From the NCBI GenBank assembly GCA_046313635.1, contig JBKBYA010000002.1:96001-160000 (forward strand): a stretch of 64,000 nucleotides of DNA, in the 5' to 3' direction. The notes under the pieces were generated by a model. It was not told where the DNA came from, searched no databases, and worked only from the letters and a program-made list of their open reading frames with translations. Shown here one piece after another: positions 7,806-17,671 of this stretch. The position numbers and the translations under genes were made by a program. This DNA is from Pyrinomonadaceae bacterium. GTDB taxonomy: Bacteria; Acidobacteriota; Blastocatellia; Pyrinomonadales; Pyrinomonadaceae. Position 1 is the first letter of the stretch. Every line of letters starts with the position of its first letter.

Positions 7806-9998
7806 CTATCTGACGTAGGCTCCGGGCACGGGTACGTCGCCCGGCGAGCCGAAGACGGCCGTCCGCGGCGGCAGAGAGGTTCGGTTGATGTACCAGGTCG
7901 AATTCGAAGGTCGGAAGACGGCCGCATCGATCATCCCGTCCGAGTCGTAGTCGGCCGGCGCGGGCAGGTCGCCTGACGTACCGAAAGGGAAGGCGTAATA
8001 CGACGACTCCTGACTTCTGAGGACGTACCAGTATCCGCTCGACGGCCGGTAAAAAGCGATGTCCGCCCAGCCGTCACCGGTGTAGTCGCCGGGCACGGCC
8101 TTGTCTGTAGAGCTGCCGAATTCGGCCGCAAAGATCGTTTGGTTCGAACTGTACAAGATCCACCACTGCCCGACCGACGGCCGCCAGACGGCGATGTCGG
8201 CCTTGCCGTCGCCGTCGTAGTCCGACGCGACAGGCTTGTCGCCGCTCGTGCCGAATGACGTAAAGGTGACCGTGCCGCTCGCCGAGTGGCGAATGTACCA
8301 GACGCCGTTCGACGGTCGGAATACCGCGAGGTCGGTCTTGCCGTCGCCGTCAAAATCGGCGGGCGTCGGGATGTCGTCGCCCACCCCGAACTGCGCCGCA
8401 AAAAAGGAATTGGTAGTGCGGTCGAATACGTACCACGTCCCGTTCGACGGTCTAAAGACCGCGATATCCGTCAGGCGGTCGCCGGTGTAATCGCCGGGGA
8501 CCAAGACATCGCTCGCCACGCCGAAAATGTTCGCGTAAACTCCATTCGCCTGACTATCCCAGAGGTACCACTCGCCGGTCGAAGGCCTGAAGATGCTGAT
8601 GTCGGCCTTGCTGTCGCCGAAGAAATCGAATCGCGTGCGGTACGGAATGCCCGATTGCTGAAAGAGCACGTTCGAGCCGCCCGGGCCCGAGAAGAGCGCG
8701 GTCAACTGCCTCGAGTTAAAGCTCGAGTTGCCGTACGCGCGCCACGAGACAGTTCCGGGGCCGGTACCCCCAGCGCCGGTCGGGAACTCGAGCCACGAGC
8801 TGCCGGCAAAGAACGACCATGTGCATCCCAGCTGCGTCGTGACGCCGATGGTGCCGGTACCGCCGGGTGCGGGAACGCGGACGCTGGTCGGCGAGACCGT
8901 GTAGGTGCAGTTCCTGCCGGTCTGTGTCACCGGAAATGCAGCTACTGTCTCGAGGCCGCGTATTAGCGATATCGCTCCGGCACGGTCGCCGCCGTTGTTG
9001 GGCTGCACCGTGTACGAGACCGTACCGGGACCGTATCGCACCTCGTTGCTTGTCCAAAGCCAATAGACATTTTGTCCATAGGTCGCGTACCAGCCGCACC
9101 CGACCGGCGTCTGAACGTCGAATGTGAAAGTACCGCCGTCGGGGCCGTGCAAGGCGCCCGCCGGAGTGACCGAGTAGCTGCACGGATAGGCAGCCTGATT
9201 TATCGTGAAGGTCTGCCCGCTCACGTTGATCGTCGCTGTGCGAGCCCCGCCGCCCTGATTAGACGCGACCGTGTAGCTGATCGTCGCGGACCCGAGGCCG
9301 TTGCCTGGACCGTTGATCGTGACGAATGAGCTCTGCGTATTCGCGAACCAGCGGCAGCCGGGCGTGGTCGTCACCGTGAAAGAGAAGTTTCCTCCGAGAC
9401 CCGGCACGTCGGCCGACGCAGGCGTGAGCGTATAGCTGCACGCAGCCGGCGAGTCGAGCGAGAGCGTGTAGCTGCCAAATGAGTTGGGAAAGACCGAGTT
9501 TGCGAGAATGATGTAGTTCGTCGTCTCGGGCAGCGAGACAGAGATGCGCGAGTTTGTCCCGCCGCCGCCGTCGTCATCTTCGACTACGAATGTACCGGAC
9601 TCGTTAGCGAGGCCAAGATAGGTATCGAACGCGGTCGAGCTGAGATTGATCGTGACCTGCTGGCCGGCGGTACCGCCGAAGATATAGAAGTCGCCGTATG
9701 TGCCGTCGTCGAGACGGCAGTCGGTGACCGTGAGCGAGCCGCTGATGGTTTGACCAGGCGTTATCGGGGCCGCGACACTGCACGGGTCGCCGGCGAGATC
9801 TCCCGCAGCGGCAAGCTCGCGAAACTCGTCTTCGGTCATTACAACAAAGCCGCGGCCGTCGATTGGTCTCGAGTCCATGATCGCCGACATCGCGGTCTTG
9901 GAGGTGGGAAGTTTGAGGCCCTGCGAAAAGGCGCCGGCCGACAAAAGCAAAAGCACGGCGGCGTACCGAAGGGCCGTATTCATCGTGAAATAATGCAT
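7806..9998 (-). CDS. Secreted PPC-like + BACON + FG-GAP repeat protein
   Basis: Signal peptide, FDTYLGL..DDDGGGG motif, repeated C.YT..P....C.W modules, many D(Y/F).GD..D.AVFRPS.G.WY repeats; start may be 9983. Confidence 0.9.
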   Translation of the reverse strand: MHYFTMNTALRYAAVLLLLSAGAFSQGLKLPTSKTAMSAIMDSRPIDGRGFVVMTEDEFRELAAAGDLAGDPCSVAAPITPGQTISGSLTVTDCRLDDGTYGDFYIFGGTAGQQVTINLSSTAFDTYLGLANESGTFVVEDDDGGGGTNSRISVSLPETTNYIILANSVFPNSFGSYTLSLDSPAACSYTLTPASADVPGLGGNFSFTVTTTPGCRWFANTQSSFVTINGPGNGLGSATISYTVASNQGGGARTATINVSGQTFTINQAAYPCSYSVTPAGALHGPDGGTFTFDVQTPVGCGWYATYGQNVYWLWTSNEVRYGPGTVSYTVQPNNGGDRAGAISLIRGLETVAAFPVTQTGRNCTYTVSPTSVRVPAPGGTGTIGVTTQLGCTWSFFAGSSWLEFPTGAGGTGPGTVSWRAYGNSSFNSRQLTALFSGPGGSNVLFQQSGIPYRTRFDFFGDSKADISIFRPSTGEWYLWDSQANGVYANIFGVASDVLVPGDYTGDRLTDIAVFRPSNGTWYVFDRTTNSFFAAQFGVGDDIPTPADFDGDGKTDLAVFRPSNGVWYIRHSASGTVTFTSFGTSGDKPVASDYDGDGKADIAVWRPSVGQWWILYSSNQTIFAAEFGSSTDKAVPGDYTGDGWADIAFYRPSSGYWYVLRSQESSYYAFPFGTSGDLPAPADYDSDGMIDAAVFRPSNSTWYINRTSLPPRTAVFGSPGDVPVPGAYVR

Positions 9999-10059
9999 AG
10001 GAGTTTAAGAGCCTCCGGAGCGTCGTAACAGAGCTGAAGCTCGGGCGGTGCGGCCTCGA

Positions 10060-10461
10060 TCATGCCGGCGGCAATTCCATTTTGACGAGACCGTCAAATT
10101 CTACGTTGTATCCGACGCCCTTTACCGGAATGGACATTTCTTCTTCGGACTTTGCCTCGCCGTTGGCGATGCCGACGCTTGCGAAGTAGCAGCTCGCCCC
10201 GTGCTCGTTCGCGTGACGGACGAGCGTCTCAAATGCCTCCTGTCCCTCCTCGAATCGTCCGCGGCCCGGATACAGGTCCGTCCGGACGACGAAGAATGCA
10301 AGCTCGCCGTCCTTGTGGGCGACGATCTGGGGCTCGGTGCGCCGATCGGCGAGCGCGTCGGCCGACTCGATCAGCCAGCCGTCCTCCTGGAGCTGCCTGA
10401 AAACGATCTCGATGCCGAAGGCGTGGATCTCCTGCGGCGTCATCAATTCTTTTTCGCTCAT
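10060..10461 (-). CDS. Hypothetical protein
   Basis: Protein-like ORF from MSEKELMTPQE; -10-like TATGAT 7 nt before the ATG. Confidence 0.7.
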   Translation of the reverse strand: MSEKELMTPQEIHAFGIEIVFRQLQEDGWLIESADALADRRTEPQIVAHKDGELAFFVVRTDLYPGRGRFEEGQEAFETLVRHANEHGASCYFASVGIANGEAKSEEEMSIPVKGVGYNVEFDGLVKMELPPA

Positions 10462-10554
10462 CGCAACAATCATAACCGTTCGCACTGCCCGAGCGCACGA
10501 CGGGCCTCACCTCAACGAGGCAAGGCCCGGCGTGCTCGTGCGTGCTACCCTCCG

Positions 10555-11235
10555 CTACGCTTTTGCCGATGCGCTTCGCTTTTTGGCTGCGGCTGTCGAC
10601 GATCGAGATCGTTCGGCCCGCCGCGCCTTAAAGGCCGCCTTCTCTTTTTTCATCAGAGCGCCGAGGGCCTCGAGCTGCTCGCGCTCAAACTGCCGCTCGA
10701 CGAGCGGGAACATCTCGTTCTCTTCTTCTTTGACGTGATGCTCGACATTCTCTATCAGCACCTGCAGGCGTGCTTTGAATGTCGGCGACGTGCCTTTAAG
10801 GCGAGCGAGGCTCGCGAGCATCGTCTTGACCTGGCCGTGCTCTTCGATGCCCTCGCGGACGATCTTTTTGAGGTCCGATTCGCCGCTGCGCAGCAGCCGC
10901 GGGTAAAAGATCGTCTCCTCGATATGCGCGTGAGCGTCGAGCTCGAGCTTGATCTTTTTGAACGTCGCCGAATGGTCGCGTCTGGGTGCGGCCTTGACGC
11001 GGTCAAACATCTCCTGCACCGTCTCGTGGTCGGCTTTTAAGAGCGCGATCGCGTTCTCGTCAGACGTCGGCGTGAGCATCTCTATGATCGCGTTGGCTGC
11101 CCGCTCGAGCAGCGACTCCGAATTACCTTTTGCGGACGTTTTTGACGACCGTTTCGCCGGAGCCGATCTTGTTCCGCTCGTCGAGCGGCGGCTGCTGTTC
11201 GTCGAGGTAGACCGATTTGAACTCGTTGCTGCCAT
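10555..11235 (-). CDS. Hemerythrin/HHE cation-binding protein
   Basis: LLKADH, HAHIEETIFYP, EEH, HHVKEEE..MFP motifs; GGGAGG RBS. Confidence 0.9.
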   Translation of the reverse strand: MAATSSNRSTSTNSSRRSTSGTRSAPAKRSSKTSAKGNSESLLERAANAIIEMLTPTSDENAIALLKADHETVQEMFDRVKAAPRRDHSATFKKIKLELDAHAHIEETIFYPRLLRSGESDLKKIVREGIEEHGQVKTMLASLARLKGTSPTFKARLQVLIENVEHHVKEEENEMFPLVERQFEREQLEALGALMKKEKAAFKARRAERSRSSTAAAKKRSASAKA

Positions 11236-11283
11236 CTAGAATTTCCTCCCGAAGATTGTTCGATCTGTTTCGACGCTGCATTT

Positions 11284-11298
11284 GCAACGGCTGTGCCT
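11284..11298 (-). promoter_or_regulatory. sigma54 -24/-12 promoter
   Basis: AGGCAC-AGCCG-TTGC, about 50 bp upstream of the hemerythrin ATG. Confidence 0.7.
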
Positions 11299-11490
11299 TT
11301 TTGCACGCCGGCCAAAAGGCGGCTTTTTCGGGCTAAACGTTCCGTTTCGCGGCGCTTAACCTGATCTAATGCCGCGCGCTTAAGGCGGTTCTCAAACTCT
11401 CGCCGCGCATAAAAATAAAAACGGCCGCCGCTTTCCCAATCGTGCTCTAGATCGGGTCGGCGGCGGCCGCGATATCTGCGCCTACGGCAA

Positions 11491-11754
11491 TTAATCGCCG
11501 TCGTTGCGGTCGCCCCACCGCCAACGCGGCGGCTCGCCCTTTGCCAGACAAATGCCGTTCAGGGCGGCGACCGCTCCCGCAATGCCGAAGGCGAACAGCC
11601 ACGGATGCTCGTTCGGCAAGAACACGACCGACCAGACCGAAACAAATACGATAAATGCCAAGAGCACGACCCAGCCCTGCCAGGTCGCCGGCGGCCCCCA
11701 GCCCCAACCGTAACGCTTGGCCGGGAACCAGTATCTGTCTTTGTTCGCGCGCAT
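11491..11754 (-). CDS. Small two-TM membrane protein
   Basis: WFPAKRYGWGWGPPATWQGW...KGEPPRWRWG with two hydrophobic segments. Confidence 0.8.
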   Translation of the reverse strand: MRANKDRYWFPAKRYGWGWGPPATWQGWVVLLAFIVFVSVWSVVFLPNEHPWLFAFGIAGAVAALNGICLAKGEPPRWRWGDRNDGD

Positions 11755-11936
11755 ACCGGAGAGATTCTAAACTCGATGGCTCCGGGGTTTAAAAGGCTCA
11801 GGGCAGCTTGTTCCGCGCGAGATCACAATGCGGCGGTCATTGCACAGAGAATGCCGCCGCGAGATTCATCGCTCATCTCGCGGCGTTCATTCCCGGTGCC
11901 ACGGGCGTCTTAAGGCTCGCACCGGGCCGGTGCGGA

Positions 11937-13862
11937 CTACCGTCTTTTACGCTGCACCGGACGCTGGAGTCTTGTGACGGCGCGTGTAAGAGCGTCGATC
12001 TGTTTTTGCTGGCGGTCGATCGTTTCCTGCTGCTGTTTGATCGCGTTCACAAGCACGGCGGCGAGCTGGTTGTAGCGGACGCCCTCGATCTCACCGTCGT
12101 CATTCTTGAACGTCAATTCCGGAGCGACCTCTGCCACGTCCTCGGCTCCGAGACCGACGTCTTTGCTGCCGTTCTCTTTCCACTCGAACGAGATCGGCCG
12201 CAGCCGCATCACGATCCCCAGCCCGCCCGCGTAGCCGCGGACATCGCGTTTGTATCTCAGGCTCGACGTGCAGAATCGCAGCGTCGTCGTCCCCGACAGA
12301 TTGCAAAGCGTGTTGTTGCCGCCGCTCAGCAGCAAGGGCGTAACGGTGCCGTTGATCGACAGGTTGCTCGCGATGTTGAGCGTGCCGCCCGGCGCCGACA
12401 GCGTGCCGCCGATGCTTGCGTTGCCGGTCGTCGTAAGCGAAGCCGCCGAAACGGCGCCGACCGTGTCGACATTGCCGTTCTCAAGGATGTGCATATTGTC
12501 GCTGTTGAGATGAAAGCCCTTGGCCCACATGCCGCCCTGCGCTATCACCTGGCCGATCGAGCTGACGCGAAATCGCGGATTTGAGCCCGCGTTGTCATCG
12601 CTCTTGGCAACAATGAAATTGCCGGTCGTAGCAAGGTGGAGATCGAGGGTCGTACCCGTCGGGCTTAGAACTTCGATACTCGCTCCGATGGTGTTGCCGG
12701 TGGGCGAGAGAGCGGCCGCGAGCAAACCTATCGCATCGCTCTCGCCGACGGTCGTGCCGTCGCCGTAGGTCACGCCGACCAGGCCGATCCCGGTCGAGCT
12801 GTGCGCAATGCCCATAACGCCGACAGTAGATTCTGCGGTCGAGGTCGTTCGGCCGAGAATGGCGGTCGGCGGGAGGTTGTTAAAGTCGGGCGTCGCCGAG
12901 CCGGTCCGCGGGTCGACCACATTCAGCCGTGCCGTCGGAGCGGTCGTCCCGACGCCGACGCGGCCGATATTGTTCGCTCCGGCGACGATGACGTTGCCGC
13001 CGTCCGGCGCGAGATTGACGCTTCCATTGGCGGCCGGCGCGCGTGCAAGGCCGCCCTGCAGCGTGATCGAACCGCCGCCGCCGTCGCGCGACGCGTTAGC
13101 GGGATTTTGCCCGCCGTCGCCGCCGCGGATCGAGATGCCGCCGCCGACGCCGCCGGTATCGTTCACGTTCGAGCCGTTAGTGTTGCCGCCACTGCCGCCC
13201 GCGACCGCCAGCACGCTTGCCGCGTCGGTGCCGTTGCCGTTGGGCGAGACGGGCGGCTGCGTGCCGACCACATGGAGCTTTGCGGTGGGCGAGACGGTGC
13301 CCACGCCTACGCTGCCGCCAAAGAGCGCGCTGCCGCTGATGCTGATATTCGCCGCCGACTGTTGCGAGAGAGTGTTTTGAATGTACCCGCTCGGTGCGAT
13401 GCCGCCTAGCTGCGAGGCATTGGCGGCGGTGGTCGCCGAGTCGGCAGCCGAGGCGCTCGCGCTCCTGATCGCAAAAGGCGACGAGAGGATCTGCGTTCGA
13501 GGCGACAGCGTCGTAAGGGTGCCGGCGCCGATCTGCCGTGTGGCGATCTCGAGATATCTATCCGCTCCGCCGAATACCGCCGCGCCGAAATCCAGCGTCA
13601 CCGCAAAGCTTCCGTTGGTCACGGCGACCGGGTTGGCCGTCTGCGTCGAGCCCTGCTGTGTGCCGCCGACGGCCGCGTCAAACAACTTGAACTGCATTTC
13701 GAAATTGCCGTTGGCGGGAGCTCCGCCGACGCTCAGCGAGCCTTGATAGACGAACTTGGTCGTCTGGCCTGACGCCCATACCGCGGCGCACACGATAAAC
13801 ATCGCGATCGATACGGCACGAGCCGCCGGGCCGCGCCTTGCTGTTAGATAAATTCTCGGCAT
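11937..13862 (-). CDS. Secreted tail-fibre-like protein with C-terminal S74 intramolecular chaperone domain
   Basis: FVYQG.L...ANG.F.MQFKLFD N-terminus, GVGVGT.SPTAKLHV repeats, SSLRYKRDV...LRPISFEWK...GLGAEDV...Y..L and terminal coiled coil; GGAGG RBS. Confidence 0.88.
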   Translation of the reverse strand: MPRIYLTARRGPAARAVSIAMFIVCAAVWASGQTTKFVYQGSLSVGGAPANGNFEMQFKLFDAAVGGTQQGSTQTANPVAVTNGSFAVTLDFGAAVFGGADRYLEIATRQIGAGTLTTLSPRTQILSSPFAIRSASASAADSATTAANASQLGGIAPSGYIQNTLSQQSAANISISGSALFGGSVGVGTVSPTAKLHVVGTQPPVSPNGNGTDAASVLAVAGGSGGNTNGSNVNDTGGVGGGISIRGGDGGQNPANASRDGGGGSITLQGGLARAPAANGSVNLAPDGGNVIVAGANNIGRVGVGTTAPTARLNVVDPRTGSATPDFNNLPPTAILGRTTSTAESTVGVMGIAHSSTGIGLVGVTYGDGTTVGESDAIGLLAAALSPTGNTIGASIEVLSPTGTTLDLHLATTGNFIVAKSDDNAGSNPRFRVSSIGQVIAQGGMWAKGFHLNSDNMHILENGNVDTVGAVSAASLTTTGNASIGGTLSAPGGTLNIASNLSINGTVTPLLLSGGNNTLCNLSGTTTLRFCTSSLRYKRDVRGYAGGLGIVMRLRPISFEWKENGSKDVGLGAEDVAEVAPELTFKNDDGEIEGVRYNQLAAVLVNAIKQQQETIDRQQKQIDALTRAVTRLQRPVQRKRR

Positions 13863-14181
13863 CTCTTTGATCCTCCGTACAGGGTCGAACTGGTCAACAG
13901 GTCTGCACCGCAGAAAAAACCAGCGGCGAAAATAAATATGTCGTCGAGGGAGGTGCGCAAACGCCGCGGTGGGAAACGGGTCGAGATCGTTGTGAGGTGA
14001 TGAGGCGAAATATCACCGGATTTGGGCGCATTGTCAAATCCACCATGCGTGCGGCCTGCGAGGGTCAAGGCGTGCATTGTCGTACACTGCTTGGTCAAGA
14101 TCCGCCCAAAATGGTTCTCTGGCCGCGTCGCGGCGTCGACCCGGATTTAACAAAAGTGTCTGATAGCAATACTTAGCTCAG

Positions 14182-14196
14182 TGGCATCGTGCTTGC
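14182..14196 (+). promoter_or_regulatory. sigma54 -24/-12 promoter
   Basis: TGGCAT-CGTGC-TTGC, 50 bp upstream of ATG 14246. Confidence 0.8.
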
Positions 14197-14245
14197 AATC
14201 GATAAATTCGGCTGCGGCCGGTCGGTCACAGCCCGGAGGAGCGAT

Positions 14246-14518
14246 ATGAAAAAACCTGAGCCTGGTCTAGAAACCATGATGAGCGACGAGCAATACACTC
14301 GTCGTGAGCAATGCGGTGTCGAGATCGTAGAGCATGAGGTGATCACACGGATCAAAACGTCAGATGGCCGCTACGTTTCGGGCCGGTCGCGTCCGCGGCT
14401 GGTGATAACCGACGCGATGAATGCGACCCGAGACTTTGTGTCAAAAAGGCGTTCGGAGCTGGGTGAGTTGGACAGATTTCTAAAGACGGTCGGTCGCCGT
14501 CCGCTCCACGGCGAGTAG
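14246..14518 (+). CDS. Hypothetical protein (90 aa)
   Basis: GGAGGAG RBS, sigma54 promoter and terminator define a full transcription unit. Confidence 0.7.
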   Translation: MKKPEPGLETMMSDEQYTRREQCGVEIVEHEVITRIKTSDGRYVSGRSRPRLVITDAMNATRDFVSKRRSELGELDRFLKTVGRRPLHGE

Positions 14519-14540
14519 TTGATCCCGCACCGTCGCAGAG

Positions 14541-14576
14541 AAAAGCCCCGGCCTCCAAAAGAGACCGGGGCTTTTT
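14541..14576. terminator. Intrinsic terminator, probably bidirectional
   Basis: aaaagccccgg...ccggggcttttt. Confidence 0.8.
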
Positions 14577-14708
14577 GATCGCTGTCTGTCCCAGCTGATC
14601 ACGGGCGCCGCACCGACGCCCAAATTAAACAAACATCGATTATCCCCGATCTTCAAGAATATCCTCGTCGCGCGAAGTGCTTGGACGGGGCGTAGGCGAT
14701 CCGGCTCT

Positions 14709-16541
14709 TCAGTTTCGGCTGCCGTAAAAGTCGACATTCTCGGCGTTGCCGATGACGAAGACGCTTCGCTGCTCAAAGTCGTACTTTTTGTGCTCGGCGG
14801 TGAGCGTGTAGCCGCGGCCCGTCGCGAGATTGTCGAAGCGGTAATTGCCCGCCGCGTCGGTCGTCGTCTGGCGGCGCGTGCCGAGCTGGTCGACGATCGT
14901 TACGACGGCCTTGTTTATGCCTTTGCCGTCCGGCGTGAGCACGCGTCCCGAGACGGCGGCCGTCGGCAGCACGGGGCCGGTGCCGTACTGCGTGACCGTA
15001 AAAAGGCGGCCGGCGATATTCAGCGTCGCGGTGCGCGGCGCGAGGTCGAAGTTCGGCAGGACGGTGTACGAGACAGAGCCCGCGCCGGCCCCGGGATCGG
15101 ATGTGACGACCACCCAGGGCTGATTGGAGTATCCGGCAAAGCCGCAGTTCGTCGCCGACGAAACATTGATCGAGCCGCTGCCGCCCGAGACCTGAAAGCT
15201 CGCCGACTGAGAAGACAAATTGAACGTGCAGACGGTCGGGCTCGCGATCGCGCGTGCGACGTTTATGCGCCCGCCCGTGACGGTCAGGCCGAGCCACTGC
15301 GGCAGCACGTCGACGGTATTCATCAGCGTCGCCTTGATCGATGCCGCCGAGAGCCCCGGATGCGCCGCCGCGAGCAGTGCGGCCGCGCCGGCCGTGTGGG
15401 GCGTCGACATCGAAGTTCCGCTGAATCGGGCGTAGCCGCCGCCGACAACGGTGCTCAGAATGCCGACGCCCGGCGCCGCGACGTCGACGGTCGTCGCTCC
15501 GTAGTGCGAAAAGGATGCGCGATTGTCATTCTGGTCCGACGCCGCGACGGTGAGAATGCTCGGGCTGTTGTAGCTGCCCGGATATGTTGGCAGACGGTCG
15601 TTGTCCTCTTCTTCGTTGACCGTCAGCTGATTGCCGGCGGCAAAGACGTTGAGCACCCCGGCGCGGCCCGCGGCGTCGATCGCGTCCTTCAGCGCTTGGT
15701 CGTATGTGCCGGCCTCGGGCGGCCCGCCGTAGCTGTTGCTCGTCGCGCGTATGTTGACGCCGCGATTCCGCATCATCGTCACGTAGCCGAAAGTGTTGAT
15801 AAGCGAGACCGACGTCGAGCCGCCGACCGTGTCGTCGTGCGTCTTGAGCGGCATTATTTTGACATTCCAATTGACGCCCGCGACGCCGATGCCGTTATTG
15901 CCGACGCCGCCGATCGTGCCCGAGCAGTGCGTGCCGTGATCGTGACCGTCGGCCGGGTCGTTGTCCATATTCAAAAAGTCCCAGCCCGACACGTCGTCGA
16001 CAAAGCCGTTCTGGTCGTCGTCGACGCCGTTAGATGGGATCTCGGCCGGATTCTGCCAGACATTTGCCGCGAGGTCGGGATGCGTGCGGTCGATGCCCGT
16101 GTCGATGACCGCGACGACCACGTTCGGGTCGCCGGTCGTCACGTCCCAGGCCTGCGGCGCGGCGATCTTGAGCATTCCGTAAAGCTGTCCAAACTGTTCG
16201 TCGTTGGGAGTGGCGGCGAGGTAGTAGATGAAGTTGGGCTGGACGTTCTCGACGTTCGGGTCGGCGCGGTAGAGCGCGATCGCGTCGTCCATCGCGATGT
16301 TGTCAGGCAGCTTGACGTGCTGCCAGCGCAGTTCGGGAAAATCCGTCTCGACGCGCGCGCCGAGCCGGTCGTTCAGCGAACGCACCGAATTCTCGTCCTT
16401 GTATCTGACCAGCAATTCGCCGGGCACATGCCGCGGCTGCTTAGCGGCCTCGCCTCTTGTCGGGCTGCCCGCACCGAAGTCAGCAAAATGAACGATCGCC
16501 ATCAACGCGACGGCGGCTATCAGTATCCACGATCTTTTCAT
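14709..16541 (-). CDS. Secreted S8 subtilisin-like serine protease with BACON and carboxypeptidase-regulatory-like domains
   Basis: Catalytic triad motifs VIDTG, HGTHCSG, GTSMSTP; signal peptide from MKRSW. Confidence 0.93.
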   Translation of the reverse strand: MKRSWILIAAVALMAIVHFADFGAGSPTRGEAAKQPRHVPGELLVRYKDENSVRSLNDRLGARVETDFPELRWQHVKLPDNIAMDDAIALYRADPNVENVQPNFIYYLAATPNDEQFGQLYGMLKIAAPQAWDVTTGDPNVVVAVIDTGIDRTHPDLAANVWQNPAEIPSNGVDDDQNGFVDDVSGWDFLNMDNDPADGHDHGTHCSGTIGGVGNNGIGVAGVNWNVKIMPLKTHDDTVGGSTSVSLINTFGYVTMMRNRGVNIRATSNSYGGPPEAGTYDQALKDAIDAAGRAGVLNVFAAGNQLTVNEEEDNDRLPTYPGSYNSPSILTVAASDQNDNRASFSHYGATTVDVAAPGVGILSTVVGGGYARFSGTSMSTPHTAGAAALLAAAHPGLSAASIKATLMNTVDVLPQWLGLTVTGGRINVARAIASPTVCTFNLSSQSASFQVSGGSGSINVSSATNCGFAGYSNQPWVVVTSDPGAGAGSVSYTVLPNFDLAPRTATLNIAGRLFTVTQYGTGPVLPTAAVSGRVLTPDGKGINKAVVTIVDQLGTRRQTTTDAAGNYRFDNLATGRGYTLTAEHKKYDFEQRSVFVIGNAENVDFYGSRN

Positions 16542-16630
16542 CACACTCCCCTTGCAAGCGGCCACGGGAGAGAGCTCGCCGGCGTATGAGAGAAGTGTGC
16601 GATCGAGTGGTTGAGCTTTTCTTGAAAGCG

Positions 16631-16664
16631 GTCAGAACCGCCTGCTGACCAAGGCGGTTCTGAC
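16631..16664. repeat. REP-like palindrome or terminator
   Basis: gtcagaaccgcct-N8-aggcggttctgac. Confidence 0.55.
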
Positions 16665-16689
16665 GGCGAGTCGGCTGACCTTGCGGGAA

Positions 16690-17145
16690 CTATCGACTTG
16701 GTTCGAGTACGATCTCGCGGGCCATGCGGTCGGCGAGCACCTCGCGGATCTCGAGACGGTCGCGATAGCCTTGCCGCTGCTTTTCGTCGTTGCCGATGAC
16801 GGTCTGCAGCAGGGCATCGGTCTTGTCGAGATTTTTCTCGTACGTCGCGAGGTCCTTGTATTCGGTCATCAGCATCAGGTTAAAGTCGCCCGTGCCGTGG
16901 CTTTCGGTCTGAAGGACCTTGTAAGAGATGATCATCCCTTCCTTCTTGAGCGCCTCCTGCTCACGCTTCCAGTCGCCGGCGACGTAGTTGAGATATGCCG
17001 TGTCCATGCCGGGCTTCATCCTGATAAATCCGATGCTCCAGACCGTGCCGTTGCGGTACGGACGGTTGACCTGCGCCACGACCACGATGCTCAGAGCCAA
17101 CACCAGAAGGCTCAACAAACCCATCAGTACGCGATTCCTTTTCAT
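16690..17145 (-). CDS. Secreted hypothetical protein
   Basis: GAGG RBS, signal peptide MKRNRVLMGLL..., protein-like composition. Confidence 0.8.
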   Translation of the reverse strand: MKRNRVLMGLLSLLVLALSIVVVAQVNRPYRNGTVWSIGFIRMKPGMDTAYLNYVAGDWKREQEALKKEGMIISYKVLQTESHGTGDFNLMLMTEYKDLATYEKNLDKTDALLQTVIGNDEKQRQGYRDRLEIREVLADRMAREIVLEPSR

Positions 17146-17378
17146 GATCTCTCCTCGTTTCTTGCAGAGTTGAGTGGAATGCAAACGGAGTGTCATCGCG
17201 GCCCCACTCGTCCCAGTCCGCGAACTCCACGAAGGATCGGCAATCCAGGCAGCCGACCGTGCGGGAGGTCTTCGCCCACGCGGCACGACCCGCGAGACGG
17301 CGAAAACATTCAGTACTGGATGGAATGCCTTGAAATTGCTCTCATCCGCCCCGGAAGTCAAGACCCCAATTAGGCAAA

Positions 17379-17433
17379 CAAAAAAGCCTCGCCAAAATGA
17401 CGAGGCCTAGTGTGCCTATCCGGTCCGTGAGTT
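17379..17433. repeat. Third, degenerate copy of the groEL downstream terminator region
   Basis: Shares ccaaaatgacgaggcc with the copy near 19263 and tgtgcctat with the copy near 21547. Confidence 0.65.
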
Positions 17434-17671
17434 GGGGTCACATTGGTCCCTGTCGGAAGGACAGTCCGTCGCAAAGTGCCCCGACCCCCGGGATACGTTG
17501 AGAAGCCTGCCCAGAACATATGTCGCCCTCCCGTCGTCGAAGTCTAAAATGTTCGCGAATGGGCCGTCCGGGATTGCAAATTAACGCACTGTTTAAGTAG
17601 AGTTTTCTCATCGCGGACTCGGCTCACCCAAGTCTGCCGCCAACTAAAACATCAAAGGAAAGGAAGATTTC

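Noticed and set aside
7806..8640. DNA-level repeats in the FG-GAP region as a DGR or repeat array
   Set aside because: Explained by protein repeats; no reverse transcriptase and no adenine-specific template/variable pair seen.
17181..17195. sigma54-like TGACAC-TCCGT-TTGC upstream of the 17145 gene
   Set aside because: Position is plausible but the near-invariant -24 GG is GA, so it is not counted as a promoter.
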